Below the pieces are notes generated by a model. The model saw only the letters and a program-made list of their open reading frames with translations. It was not told the DNA's origin and did not search any database. A stretch of 64,000 bases of DNA from positions 25,122,070 through 25,186,069 of the forward strand of contig NC_092671.1 of assembly GCF_964355755.1 (NCBI RefSeq), written 5' to 3'. Source of the DNA: Antedon mediterranea. Taxonomy: Eukaryota > Animalia > Echinodermata. Shown here piece after piece: positions 10,491 through 23,305 of the stretch; position 1 is the first letter of the stretch, and each line of letters begins with the position of its first letter. The position numbers were made by a program, and so were the translations under genes.

Positions 10491-13400
10491 ATAAAAAGTC
10501 TATACTTGGTCGTAGATAATAATGGTGATCATTTTGTATCATTATTCAATTCGAGTTCGAGTATTGATTCAAACATGCACCATAATGTGTGTATCAATTT
10601 GGTATTCCTCATAAATTTCTCCCCCGAGTGTTTTAACCCGGATCTAACTTCTAACAACTTTCGTAATAATCTCGAAAAAAACCCCTAAAACTGAGCTAAT
10701 TTTATTATTTTAAACAAAGATCAGTAAACCAAAGATGAAAACTAATTGTCCAAATGAAATGAAAGTATATGTCATCATATAAATACCAAATAAGGCAATT
10801 TCTAAATTGCATGAATCGACTTACACAAATTTAAAGTAGCCATGTCAGTGACGAAACAATCGGAATCAACTAATTATCAAGGCCTGGCGATGATAATGAA
10901 ATGGAAAATGTTTATTGATGCAACAAATTACAGTAGAAATACATAAAACCTCATCTATAGGCCTATTAAAAAATATATAATAACAATATTATAAATCCAA
11001 AGGCAAATTACTGAAAAAATGACAATGCTGTGGATCTCAATAGAGATACAAAAAAAAAAGCGAAAAGCTAAATCAAAACGATAAGTAAAACAGCCAAAGA
11101 AGTTAGCAGAGCTTTCGGGCAACACTAGCCTTTCATCAGTGCATTTTACTCAAACATTTTACTCAACTATAAATGATTCCTGTAAAAAATAATTAAACCA
11201 ATAGAAATAGAAAAAAAATGATTTATTGTCACAAAATCCGAAAGATAATTTTACAAGAACATAACATTTGGAAGAGTGGGTATAATGAAGACACGCACAA
11301 TTGAATGTGATTATACGTGACAAAATATTTAAAAAAATCATATTTTAAAAATGTAGGTGACCGTAGGCCATGATGACGTCATAGCATCGAATAGGCAAAA
11401 GTTTTCAAGAAGTCATGTCACAACTCATTAGCTATAATAGATTCAAAATAGGATATTAAATTTACCATGTACGCCATTTTTATTCCACATAGAATTGATA
11501 CTTGATATGGAATAATTGTTTAAAACTTTATATGTTTGATTTGAATGTAACATCAATCTTAAATTTTCTGAAAAAAAAGTTACATTACGTGGCTTTGACG
11601 TCATTAAAATGTTATTAGCAGTTAATTCTGTTGGCCAAATTATGAAATGTTCAAATTTAAGGTCAACTCATGACGGTAAATAAATCAAAAACTGAACATT
11701 AACAGAATCACAAAAAGACATTTACACAGACTTTCAATCATCAAACTGAAATTGTTTAATTTCACAAAAAAACAAAGGAAAATTCTTATTTAAAAACTTA
11801 TATTAAACATATTATTTATACAGGATCATATAACAATGTTATTGATAGTCCTGTTTACAATATTAAAAAGAGACCTTAAATACAAATCTTAAAATAATGG
11901 AATTTTTATACTCGCCATTTGCACGAGTCAAGCTGAAAGACATTCTGTAAAAAGCAATGTGGTATCTTTTAAAATAAATGAGATATTGTGTTGCTACTAT
12001 AATTACCTCTGGTAACAATCAATCAAACAATCAATATACGGAATAATATGGAATACAAGCCACAAAAAGAAGACACTCAATATAGATAACCAAGGCTTTG
12101 AAATATTTAAATGGAAAAAGGCAGGATCTAGATTGATACATGATCTTGATTCGTGTCTGTCTGAGACAAAAGATAAAGATATATACTATATAAAAATCTG
12201 GAAAGTTTTTTTAATGAGTACATATATATATATATTTTTAAATATTTCATATGAATACTGTATTCGATAAATCATGGAAGAAAAATATATATAATATTTT
12301 CCCTCCATAGATAAACTACCAAGCATATCTAGGCTATTGTTGACAACATACTGTACATTCGCCTTGGCGAAAAATGTGTTCAGTTACATTGTAAAAAAAA
12401 AAGCATATTTACATTGCTAATAAGTCAATTCAAAAATATGAATTTCAATACTGTCCCTGTTAAATATTAAATACTATTGTACAATTTTCCTGATTAAATT
12501 ATTTGCATATTATAAACTTCTCCAGCTCTGTACAAAGTCTATGTGATAAGTGATTATGAACAATAAATTACTGACAAATGAATTAATTGGAAACTCAATA
12601 AAAAACTTACTATCCTTCGTTAATGAAAGGTATTTGTTTATAGGACCTACTTTAATCAAATATATTGTTCTAATTTATATACGATGAAATACAATGAATT
12701 ATTCTAATTATCATGGTTGTGTGATCATTAAAACTGTTTTAAACATCTGTATGAATAATTCACTGTTCTTGTACAATATCTGTACCCAATTATTATGAAT
12801 CACTCAGAATGCATGGAATGCAGTGTATATCATTTTAATTATTAATTATAATTTAATTTTAATGACTCTTATTTTGAAAGAGATTATGTAGTTTGGAATA
12901 ATTTTAGTAGTCAAGAAAAACATGTTGAAAATTGGAATGTTATTTTACAACTACAGAAGAATGTTAATATTTATTATTGTTATTATTAATATTATTCATC
13001 ATTGCTTGGGTTGTGGATCAAGACAGAAAACAATGTGTATAAATAATAATACATAACAACATTATTTTGAAGAGAATCGAAATCGTATTATATTATCTGA
13101 GTATAAAGAGTGGGGGAGGGTAGGCAATAATGCAACGCAATAAAGCTCCCTCTCTCACTTGATTCACGATTGATACTTATACTATAATGTATTGAACATA
13201 TCTGCTATGTATTATTTATTTTCTCTTGTTGGAAGTACTAGACACAAGATATTATTGATTGTTTAAAGTGCACACGATTAGGAATTACAATACTGTACAC
13301 TAGGACCATATTTATAGCCTATCCGAGAAGAATACTATTGGAACAATATACCATGATTATTTAGCATTTTCGTACCTCAAAAACTAAATTTTATTTTTTT

Positions 13401-13667
13401 CCATTGGTATAGTAGTTTAAGATCTAAGTTCTAATGGAATTGGGAAATGAAGTTTGTGGCCAAATCATTTTTACATTTTAGCCAAATTAATTTTGTTACA
13501 TATTGTATATTATCTCTCACACTATTCTACTGAAACTTCTATAGGTACAATAATTAGTATTGAAAGGTGAATTAAAATCCCTTCTAATCAGAAATTAAAT
13601 ACTAACAACTGTTCTGTAGTAACTTCAAATGACTTGATGAGAAAATAATAAATTATTGCACATTGTA

Positions 13668-16112
13668 TTATAAAGAATAACCATCTATTAACTCATTGGC
13701 ATCTGTAATAATAGCTCTAAGATATGTTGAATCTGCGATTTTGTCTGTAATATCAACTACACATTTAAGCACAAATGCTATTTTTTTTTCATTTTCTGAA
13801 ATAAGTTGATTTTCTTGAAAGAAAGAGTTGATTGAAGACTTCAGCGAACCCTTCTTTGGAGAATTTGCCATGTCTGCCACTATACGTTTGCTTGGTTGCT
13901 CCCATTCTGAATTTAACGTATCTGCTATTCTTCTCATTTTTCTAGCCATCTTAAAAACAAAAATTTCATTACAATGCATGCAAAGTATAACAATCAAATA
14001 ACAAGTTGTGAAAAATGTGGTTGAAATAATGGAACAGCGCGAACACATATTATGGGAAAAAGCTCTCATAAAAACATATAATAATATTGATAATATTGAC
14101 TCTGATCTTAATACAATCCGGAGCGGACCCTGGATTTTTAAAAATGAAACATTGAGTATTTAAGCCATGGTGGGACATGTGGCAAAGAGAATTCAGTTAA
14201 ATAACACCCCTAGATGCCCTGAAATGGTACTCTCGTCATGTTGCACGCCAGTTATCATCAAAATATTTTTGTTTAGGTTGCGTCTTTCAATGCGAACATC
14301 TAGGAAAACAGTCTGCAGCGTGGTTCTTAAAGTATATACTGTTATATAATTATGGTTAAGGACAAAATTGAATTTATTTTTAATAACAAAAGAAGCAACA
14401 ATGAATGGATTGATCAGAGAATGAAGGAAATACCTTGAAACACAAACACATTAATCTGCAGTTTGTATGACAAGTAGGCCTACAATTTACATCTATTTTA
14501 TTTTTTAACAATACTTTATACCGGTAGTGATTTCTTCATTAGGACCTACACAAAATAAAATATATTGTCTCTCACTCATGCATGACAAATTGTCAAATTA
14601 AAATGCCACAGCATTTTGGTATTTAGGCTGATCTGAATTGGGCTGATCTTGTAATGAATGTTACAGGGTAAGTGTGGGGAATATTTTCACATGTTGAATA
14701 GGACAGTAAGGTAAGACAACACACCATTCATTTTGTGTAATACCACTTGACCTAGGAACCATAATTTTTGTGGCCATCCAATGCTTTCCTCTGGGCGCTG
14801 CTGAAACTGCTCAAACTTTATGTGACAAACAAATGTGATGTGCCAATATATGGAAATGATGATGTCTTATCACTACGATATTTGGGAATAACACTACCAT
14901 ATTTGGGCAGATCACACTTTTTTTGTCAAACGAATGTGATAGTGTAAAGCTTTAGGCACCCCGGTAAGCTCTGGGGCCCCTGGGTTGTTACACTGCACTG
15001 CTTGTCATACAGTAGAATAAACGTCTACACTTACTTCTTTGGTATCTGATAAAGTTGGTCTTTCTTCATCGTCAGGACCATCTACTTCAATATCAAGGTC
15101 AAATTTTTGTTTAGGCACAACTTAAAAAAAATTATTGTGGTGGTCATTAAAAATATTTCAATTCACATCCAACCATTTGGAGAGCCACTAAATAAATAAA
15201 TTAAATAAAATACATAAATATTGTATATATCGTAAATCTTCTAATAGTCACCCACAATCTAATAGTAGCCCCCCCCCCCCCTAAGTCAATCTATAATAAT
15301 AACCCACTACTCTAATAGTAACCCATTAGAGTCACAAAAACTACTGACAAAATGACACTATGAAGACTGGTCGTTTAATGACAGCTGTATTTTGAAAATC
15401 AGGAGATCATGCATGTTGATCTCGGGAGTGGGCGGAGGATTGAGTGTTTTTGAGTTTATAAAATAAAGTTACAGTTCATACAAATTCGAAATGTTTTAGT
15501 ATTTTCTATGAGTTGCTGACCGGAAAAGTTTGGGTGGGTTAATATTTTCATGTGAGATTAGTAATAGTAATTACTCCACTACTCTAATTAATAGTAACCC
15601 CATTCTAATAGTAACCCATCCTTAAAAAAAACAATCAAAGAATATTAACCCAGGGTTACAATTAGAACATTTACGGTATATAAAGAAACAGATATTCATT
15701 GGTAGTCAAATAAAACAGAAAAGCAGTGTACCGTCTATTGAACGACTAGCTACCTAGGCCTACTAAGGCTTAGGCCTAGGTAGCTAGTCGTTCAATAGGC
15801 TAAGCCTAGTGTTAGTAGTAGGCTAGATAGTAGTACAATATTAGTCGTAGTAGCAGTCTAGGGCAGGGCAGGGAAGGCCTATAGCCATACTATTACTAGG
15901 CCTAGGTAGGTAGGTAGGTAGCCTGGATTTGTGGAAAAGAAAGTATAGGCCTATACTAAATTAATACTAGTAATCAACTACGGTCGTTTAGTTTAGGCCT
16001 AGCTAGTATAAAATATAAACATTCTTTTTTACTTACTCTCACTAATTATATCGCGTGAAAGTGTACTATTTTCTTCTAAGTACAATGTTAAAAGAGCCGT
16101 TGTTTTCGACAT
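13668..16112 (-). CDS. BH3-motif Bcl-2 family protein, BID-like, 147 aa in 3 coding exons
   Basis: Exons 16112-16037, 15120-15035, 13949-13668 with GTAAG donors, T-rich/AAG acceptors, phases 1 and 0, and start context ACAAA-ATG. Protein: MSKTTALLTLYLEENSTLSRDIISEIVPKQKFDLDIEVD|GPDDEERPTLSDTKEMARKMRRIADTLNSEWEQPSKRIVADMANSPKKGSLKSSINSFFQENQLISENEKKIAFVLKCVVDITDKIADSTYLRAIITDANELIDGYSL. BH3-like MARKMRRIADTLN. The BID assignment is inferred. Confidence 0.8.
15230..15676. mobile_element. Tc1/mariner-pogo-like MITE in intron 1 of the BID-like gene
   Basis: Inverted termini (T)CGTAAATCTTCTAAT...ATTAGAACATTTACGG flanked by TA; subterminal CTAATAGTAACCC repeats. Confidence 0.6.
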
Positions 16113-17733
16113 TTTGTGTTGTTGTTTATGGTATGGAAGAGCGAATTATTATGCAATATTCATTAGTCACATGCGGAAGTAAATATCCATATCGTGTCAA
16201 AGTTTACACTGTGGGAGAGGACTACATTTTGTGTCACCAACTGCAGCTTGTAGTTGTAGCAGCAGTCTATCCTCGAGGTTGTGCCAGCCAGCCACGTACT
16301 TCTGCATTTTATGTAAAATACGTTTCCCATTGTCGTTCGCGTCAACTGCCGTTACTATTACAACCCAAGCGTCAGTTGGCGAAATTCTGTTGAGGTTTTT
16401 TTTTGGAAAGATCTAATCGAATTGTATTTTTTCATTACAATTAATCTTGGATATTAAATTTTCTTAGGGCACTTTTAAGCATTTATGAATATTTTTAATG
16501 CAGATAAGCAATTTTTATATTTCAATTTTATGATCTATTTGACAGAAGGGAGGAATTTGTTTGTAGTATAAAAACTTTTTGGTGTAAATATAAGGTAACA
16601 TGCGTGACCAAATAATTCACAACACATTGTGGCAGGGCGTTTATTTAAATAAACGCACCAGGGCGTTTATTCCAAATGATGTTCGATGGGGCGACATTTA
16701 TATACACGGGAGGCATTACTTTTCAGGAAGTGAAAAGAAGTCTTATTTATTTACAGGGGTGGATCAGGGAATTAATCGGTGAGTTAAATTTACCTCTTCC
16801 CTGGGTGGATCTAGGAAAAGTGAGCAAACCGTGCCTTTGGAAGCTCTTGCTCTCTAGAGTAATGTAGGTTCTCACCTCAGCCCCAATCCAAGGTGGAAAG
16901 TAGGTCAAAATGTAATTATAATTACCACACTTCCAAAAAATGATTAAAATAAGGTGCTATTTTTGTTTCTACAAATAGGCATTTTCTTAATAAAACTGTG
17001 TGAAATCGGTTCTTGGAACGTCCGTCAATGTGCAAGGTACTACACATTTAATTAAACAAACAGAATTGGATAACAAATAATACAAGAGCTCAGTCATAAT
17101 TTCATTATTGCAGTGCTGAAGTGATAATTTTAGGTTTGAAATAAAATCTCAAAAGTTGTTGTCACCTGTTGCTTGTACAGTAATTGATTTCATCCAGAGA
17201 AAGAGACAACAATTTTGTCTAGACCCTTGTTTTTTGACAATTCCTTTTTGCGATGAGATCTGACAATAGGGACTTTAAGAATCACGACGGGTGCTCATAA
17301 TTAACCTAATCGTCGAGATTCGTAAAGTCCCAATTGACCATGGAAGTCGAAAGCTGAAAAAAAGATTATGAGCAACAAGGAATGACAAATGAAGCCATGC
17401 ATTTGAGCAAAACGTCAGTTTAATTCTCATTTTTGTTATATATGTTGGTATTTTACAAGACAAATTTATAAAAGAAAAACCAGTCAACTGAATATTCGCC
17501 GATGTCTTGGGCAACAAGTAGAAATGTTATTTTATGCAGATGTATTTGTCAACCACTGTCATAACTTCAGGTGATTTCCATTGGTCAGATCTTTACTTTT
17601 TTTCAAATAGTTCTCATTTGCAAGTTCAAAACATTTGCCTCTTGTCATGCGTCACTCTGTTGATGAGCTGCGGCCGTCACTGTGATGTTGCACATCGAGG
17701 GATGTGATAGACAGCCTTTCCAGTGTCTTGCAT

Positions 17734-20700
17734 TTACTTGGATCTAGCCCTCATCTTTCGGCGTTTGCGCTTCAATCTTAAAATGAGTAGGAACAAAAAT
17801 AAATATTTTATCTTTCATCAATCAAACAAATTATAGAAGTAAAAATATAAGAAGTTCCTAGTTTCAAATTGTATAACTGGTTGACTTTAATTTGGCACAA
17901 ATTATAAATTAGTAAAAAATAAATTGTCCATGCATTTAACAATTTAAGAATCAATTTTTCCTAAGCATGATTATTGATTTCTTGCTACATTTGTAAAGAA
18001 TGATTTAAAACATACAAAACAATTTAAAAGAAAAAATGATAAAACTTAGATAATTTTTTTTATTAACAGTCTGCAATGGGGGCATAGAATTCCAACAGAT
18101 TATACCCACACGTTTCAATGGCATTAAAACGTGGGCATTTTTAAAAAATGACAATTGGTTAAAGACACCTTCCCTACGTTTTTTAGATCTATTTTAAGAT
18201 CACAAACTTTATTTAATGTAAAAATAATACTATATGGCCCTATTGCGATTACTTTTTTCGTCTTTAAATGGTAAAAAATTTGAAAAATAAGTCGATTCTA
18301 ATAATTACAGCGGCCCGCTATAAATCCCAAAATGCATTGCGCGCGGATTAATATTTCTGTTTTTCTTCTATAATTCACCCACTCTTTGATCGATCGTGAG
18401 GCCAAAACAAATGGAAGACTCCTAACTTTTAGGCGAAAATACCGGATTTTCCCCAATTTGTATCAATGGAGTCTGGCAAAAATAGAAAGACAATTAATGC
18501 AGCAACTATACAACGTCAGGCTAGGTATATAGCTACAGGGCTCGATTTAGTGCTAGCCCGGCGTACAATGGCTAGTAAAAACAGCTCCGGGCTACCTAAA
18601 GTATCTTCCTTTAAGCCCGGATGGCTAGTAGGTTGTGGGAACTCGAAATTGGGACGAAATGACCTCATGAAAATAACTCCAGCATAAAAGACATGTCTTG
18701 GCAACATCAGCAAAAAAAAACCACTCGCGCGCTGCTGTGGCCATAACAAGTGATGATGTAGGCGGAGCCTCTCATAATCAAGCAAATTTCCCGAATTATG
18801 ATTGGCCATTTATGTTTTTGTCATCCAGGTTATTGTGAAGTAGGCGGAGCTTCATTATCAGGTCAAATATGTCACAAAAATATGACCATAAAATTAATAA
18901 CGAACTGTGATTGGCCAAATGTAGTAGAATTTTGTCAATGTTAAAAATAACTTGTCTAGTCTTGTCAGGCCTGGTTGTCACAGATCAAAGCTAGGGATAT
19001 TTTGTAGGGCCGGGTGGCTGGCTCTATCCCTGTAGGTAGGCCATGGAGGCCATATTTTATAATATGCGTAGGCCTAGATAAAATCAAAAGCCATCGTTTG
19101 GCATCGCCATCTAGGCCTAGCTAGATACTACCATTTTGGTAAAACAGTAGGCCAGGTGCTCCAATGCGATCTAGGGTAGGTAGGTCTATCCTCTAGCTAC
19201 CCTACTATAATAGGCTAGCTCTAGGCTAGGCCTAGGCTAGCTCTAGCCTAGCTGGTAGACAGAATCTAATTAGTTTTCTTGGCTAGCCCAGGTGAAAATT
19301 CCAGTTGAGACCAGTTGGAAATTCCGATTGGTACAACTGGTATTCAACTGGTCCAACTGATACCAATTGGTTCAACTGGTTTTCTGAACTGGTCATTTCA
19401 GCTATTTTTTCCAACTGGTTTTCAATTGGTCCAACTGGTTGGTTTTTCCAACTGGTTTTCTCAACTGGTCAGCTGGTTTTCCAACTGGTTTTCAATTGGT
19501 CCAACTGGTTTGTTATTCCAACTGGTTTTTCCAACTGTTTTTTTTCCATAACGTCAACTGGTTTTCCCAACTGGTCTCCCCAACTGGTTTTTTCCCCATC
19601 AGGTCAACTGGTTTTTCAAGCACAACTCAGTATAGGCTGGTTGTTTTCTTAACTGGTCCAAAACAGATTTTGCAACCAGGTAAATTGGTATTTCCCAACT
19701 GGCTTTTATAATCAATTCTGTGCAGGGAAAGGGAGGGTAGGGGGGAGAGGGAAAGGAAGGGTAGGGGGAGAGGGAAAGGAAGGGTAGAGGTTGAAGCCCA
19801 ACAACAAAAAGACCTAAAAAAATCGATTCTGTGAATATGGTGAGCATGAAATAGACTATGCGTCGCGACGCAAAGTTAATTTTTATGTGAACAATAAAGA
19901 AATACAATTTTGTGTAATTTTTCATGCAATAATAGTTCAATACAGTATGTATGTACGTAAATGTGTAGCAATTCTCGAGCGTTTAGATTAGTGCGCCCTC
20001 TATTGTACAAAATGCCTGAATTCATTTATATGGCGGCCCTGCTATCACGGTGCGATAATAAGAGTGGGCTAGTAAAATAATGTATGGGCTAGTGAAATTT
20101 ACAGTGAACTAGCCCAGTGGGCTAGCAACATGAAAAAGATAAATCGAGCCCTGAGCTAACGTACGATGTTCGTACATTACCGATGTTTACCAGCTAGGCC
20201 TACAAAACTAAGCCTAAAGACCGTCCACGAGAGGTCAGTCGCCGCGAGCTACTTAGGTAGTGCATTGTTTCTCACTTTTTATCATAATTTACCATAAAAC
20301 GTACATTTAAGACAAGGAATGACCTGGTTTAATGTTTTTAAAGTAATATATATGTATTATTTTTACAAAACGTCACAATTTGTAGGGAAGGTGTCTAACC
20401 AATTAAAAATGTAATCAAATATTGGTTGGTTTACACCTAATCTTTTATGTACAATTTGGTTCCGAAATATTTATATTTTATAATTAATAAAATGGATTAT
20501 TGCATGCAGACTTACCTCCTCATACGTTTTTTCTTCCACTGAGAAAAAAAGTGTAAAAATAAATTAAATGAAAATCATAATATGGATGGTTTGCAGCTAA
20601 AGGAAAATGTTACTATTTTTATAATCAATATAAATGACGTAGGCCTAGGCCTACAGGACAGTAGGAATGGGAGGATGTGTTTGTATATTATTCCACATTT

Positions 20701-20955
20701 AAAACTAATATATTAGACTCCAAACTAGCTAGGGATTTAAATAACACACATTCAATCTCTCTAAAATCAATAAAAGGCACACCCTCTAGGCCTAGGCTAA
20801 TTATTATACACTATATAAATATTCCACAAATCCCTTCCTTGCTACACCCCGGCTTTTTACCAGCCACGCACCTCCAGAGGTGCACATCACAAGGTGCATT
20901 ATAAAATCGAATAATCTTCATTTCATAAATAAAAAGCACTTACCTTATCCCTCAT
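17734..20955 (-). CDS. RPL41: Ribosomal protein eL41/eS32 (RPL41), 25 aa
   Basis: Exons 20955-20944 (12 nt), 20538-20516 (23 nt), 17776-17734 (43 nt), canonical GT/AG, translate to MRDKWKKKRMRRLKRKRRKMRARSK*. Confidence 0.96.
18163..20396. mobile_element. Kolobok-like non-autonomous DNA transposon, copy 1, interrupted by a nested hAT element
   Basis: TTAA-AGACACCTTCCCTAC...GTAGGGAAGGTGTCT; body matches the copies at 24667-25280 and 27719-28344. Confidence 0.8.
18536..20153. mobile_element. hAT-like (5-bp TSD, hAT5-type) non-autonomous element
   Basis: 14-bp TIR CAGGGCTCGATTTA/TAAATCGAGCCCTG; TSD AGCTA, single in the uninterrupted Kolobok copies; internal CCAACTGG repeat field at 19300-19700. 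Confidence 0.8.
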
Positions 20956-21041
20956 ATTAAGGTCTTTAAAGGTTAATTAGTAGCTTTTGCTACTGTATTT
21001 CTATAGATGTTAAGGTAAGGTAGAGATTTAATTCGATTTTT

Positions 21042-21050
21042 AGAGAGGAA
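21042..21050 (-). promoter_or_regulatory. Putative TCT/5'-TOP initiator of RPL41
   Basis: Minus-strand pyrimidine tract TTCCTCTCT about 90 nt upstream of the ATG, as expected for ribosomal protein genes. Confidence 0.5.
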
Positions 21051-21283
21051 CTTCACAGCCCCTCACGACATCTCACAAACACATCGATCAAAAGGGCAAA
21101 TAAAATAACACGCCCTCTATAATTAGACTACTTTACAGTCGTCTTTACCATCCAATCAAACCACTAAAATAGTAAACACACGACGCGTGTAACACGACGC
21201 AACCGGACTCGACCATTACCACCAAACGTCATCATAGGGTTTTTGACGTATGTACACACATAGACTAGGCTGGCTGTAGAGAG

Positions 21284-21383
21284 CAAAGATACTATAGCGC
21301 CACGAAGTGGCGCAAGATAGGGAACTCCTATCTCTTATACACTGCGCATGAGTGAAATTCCATGGGCAGCCATTCCGGCAAGC
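21284..21383 (-). promoter_or_regulatory. Promoter-like module (CTCF-like plus YY1/ETS-like) upstream of RPL41; inverted twin of 23306-23393
   Basis: A 43-bp block (39/43 identical) and a 28-bp block (28/28 identical) are shared in inverted orientation; a separate ETS CCGGAAGT sits at 21404-21411. Confidence 0.55.
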
Positions 21384-23305
21384 AAGTTACGCGATCACAT
21401 ACCCCGGAAGTGTATAATAAACCATTGAACCACATCCACGTGTGACGTGTTATTGTTTGTTCGGGAAGTTTTCTCGTGTTGTATTGGGTAAATTGTAGTG
21501 GTAAGTTTTTAGAATATATATTTTTTTGTTAGTAAACATTAACAAAATTATTAAATTGTTGTTTAAATTTAGTTCAGGCAGGCGTTTCTGCGCAATCCGA
21601 TCTAGGCCTAGGGCCTAGATAGTAGTATGCCTAGTAGGCATATTTAATGCCGAATACTAGGCCTAGGCCTAGTTTAGTTAGTATGATGATTAATAATAAA
21701 AAAAAGTATGGGAGGATGAATGATATTGATTGGCGTCTTGATAGATGGATCAAACAAGGCTTGGATGGATGGAAGATTAAGAAAAAAACTGAAGCTGTTC
21801 GGGAATTAGGAGTTTTTAATAAAAATGTACAAGACAATATAGCGTTTTATTAATAATAACATTAACAGAAATAATTAAATGTAATGAAATAAAAAATCGT
21901 GAGGATGTTATTGTTTGTTTTTTTTTTATTTAATAAATTTAAATTATAAATTTGATCCTCATATTTATTTTGTTCTTCATCTTTATTTGAAAAATATTTA
22001 GTTAATTAATGTAAACATTTTTGAATACTTACAATATTAATAAATAGTAGGCTATTGACTTTTGTTTTGAATTTAAAAATGTATAGTATTTTAAAATACT
22101 ATAATATTGTAATCAAATGATTATGTAACAGTTCGAAAAGTGACCAAATAATTTAATGATATATTTTTCCCTATTTCAGAAAGATGTCTGTCATCATACT
22201 GTAAAATTGAGAAGATAGATGATTGAGTGCAAAGTGGTATTTTACACAAGAATTAAATACAAAGGCCAATAGTAATAATAGTTTATATTTTTGATTCTTG
22301 AAAAGGAGCAGTATCCTATGGGATTACAAATAAAATCACTATTTTCACACACCTCATACTTTAAAGTGAAAGGAAATAACCAGAATTCAGTTATTATCAG
22401 TACTGTTGTTTAGGCCTATTGGCTTCTTTTTAATACAAGAAATCAAAATAATAGAATTTTCCTTGTATTTAAGAAGGCTAAAACCATACATTCGTAATTT
22501 ATTTATTGAGTGTATTTAATTATTCCACCATTATTTATTAATATTGTATAAAGCGAGATTTTTCAGTATTTTTATTGCATTTTAATCCTGTCTGTAATAT
22601 TGAAAGTTGAGCTAATAAAAGTGGGTTGAAAAGAACAAATTATGATTATGAATTTTTAAAATTAATATTTAATACTTTTACTTTTTTGAAATTAAAAAAA
22701 TGTAACAATTGTTTTTGTATCTAGTAATGTATGTACAGTATACTACAGTTGTGGCAGATCGTAGTAAAATTCCCCTTGCAATGAAATAACTTTGTAGGCC
22801 TGAAGCACACAAAATAGAAAGAGAGGGTCCGAACAGGGGAAAGAACATCCCTCTGCCCATAAATTTTTTTTTTTTTAATTAAAAAGACAGTTTTGGACAA
22901 TATATTTGGCAATTATTACAATTCATCTCCAAAAAATGCTTCTCTCGCACATAAACTAAGCCATCATCCCAGCCTAGGCCAAAGGCGGCCGACCTTGGGC
23001 GTGAAGTGCGTAGCATCGGGCTGCGCGCCGCGACACTATTTATAACTATGCCTCAACCGACTGCCTACAAAATTCGTCCCCCATACAGTCAGTGTTTATT
23101 CTGTAGCCGTTTGAGGTTGGACAGTGATATACGCATATGTAAGTGTAATATCAAATGGAGTAAATTTATATAATCGAATTTTATATAGATGTTCTTTCAT
23201 TTTGACGCGAAAGATAAAATAAAGTCGTACTGTTTATCGCGTAGATGTAAATCCTATTTGTTTACATTGATTTGGTGGCGTGCCGCATTGCCTACTGGGT
23301 AATCC

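Noticed and set aside
13950-14069. N-terminal 40 aa of ORF 13668-14069
   Set aside because: Intronic read-through; a strong acceptor at 13951/13950 joins the upstream exon in frame.
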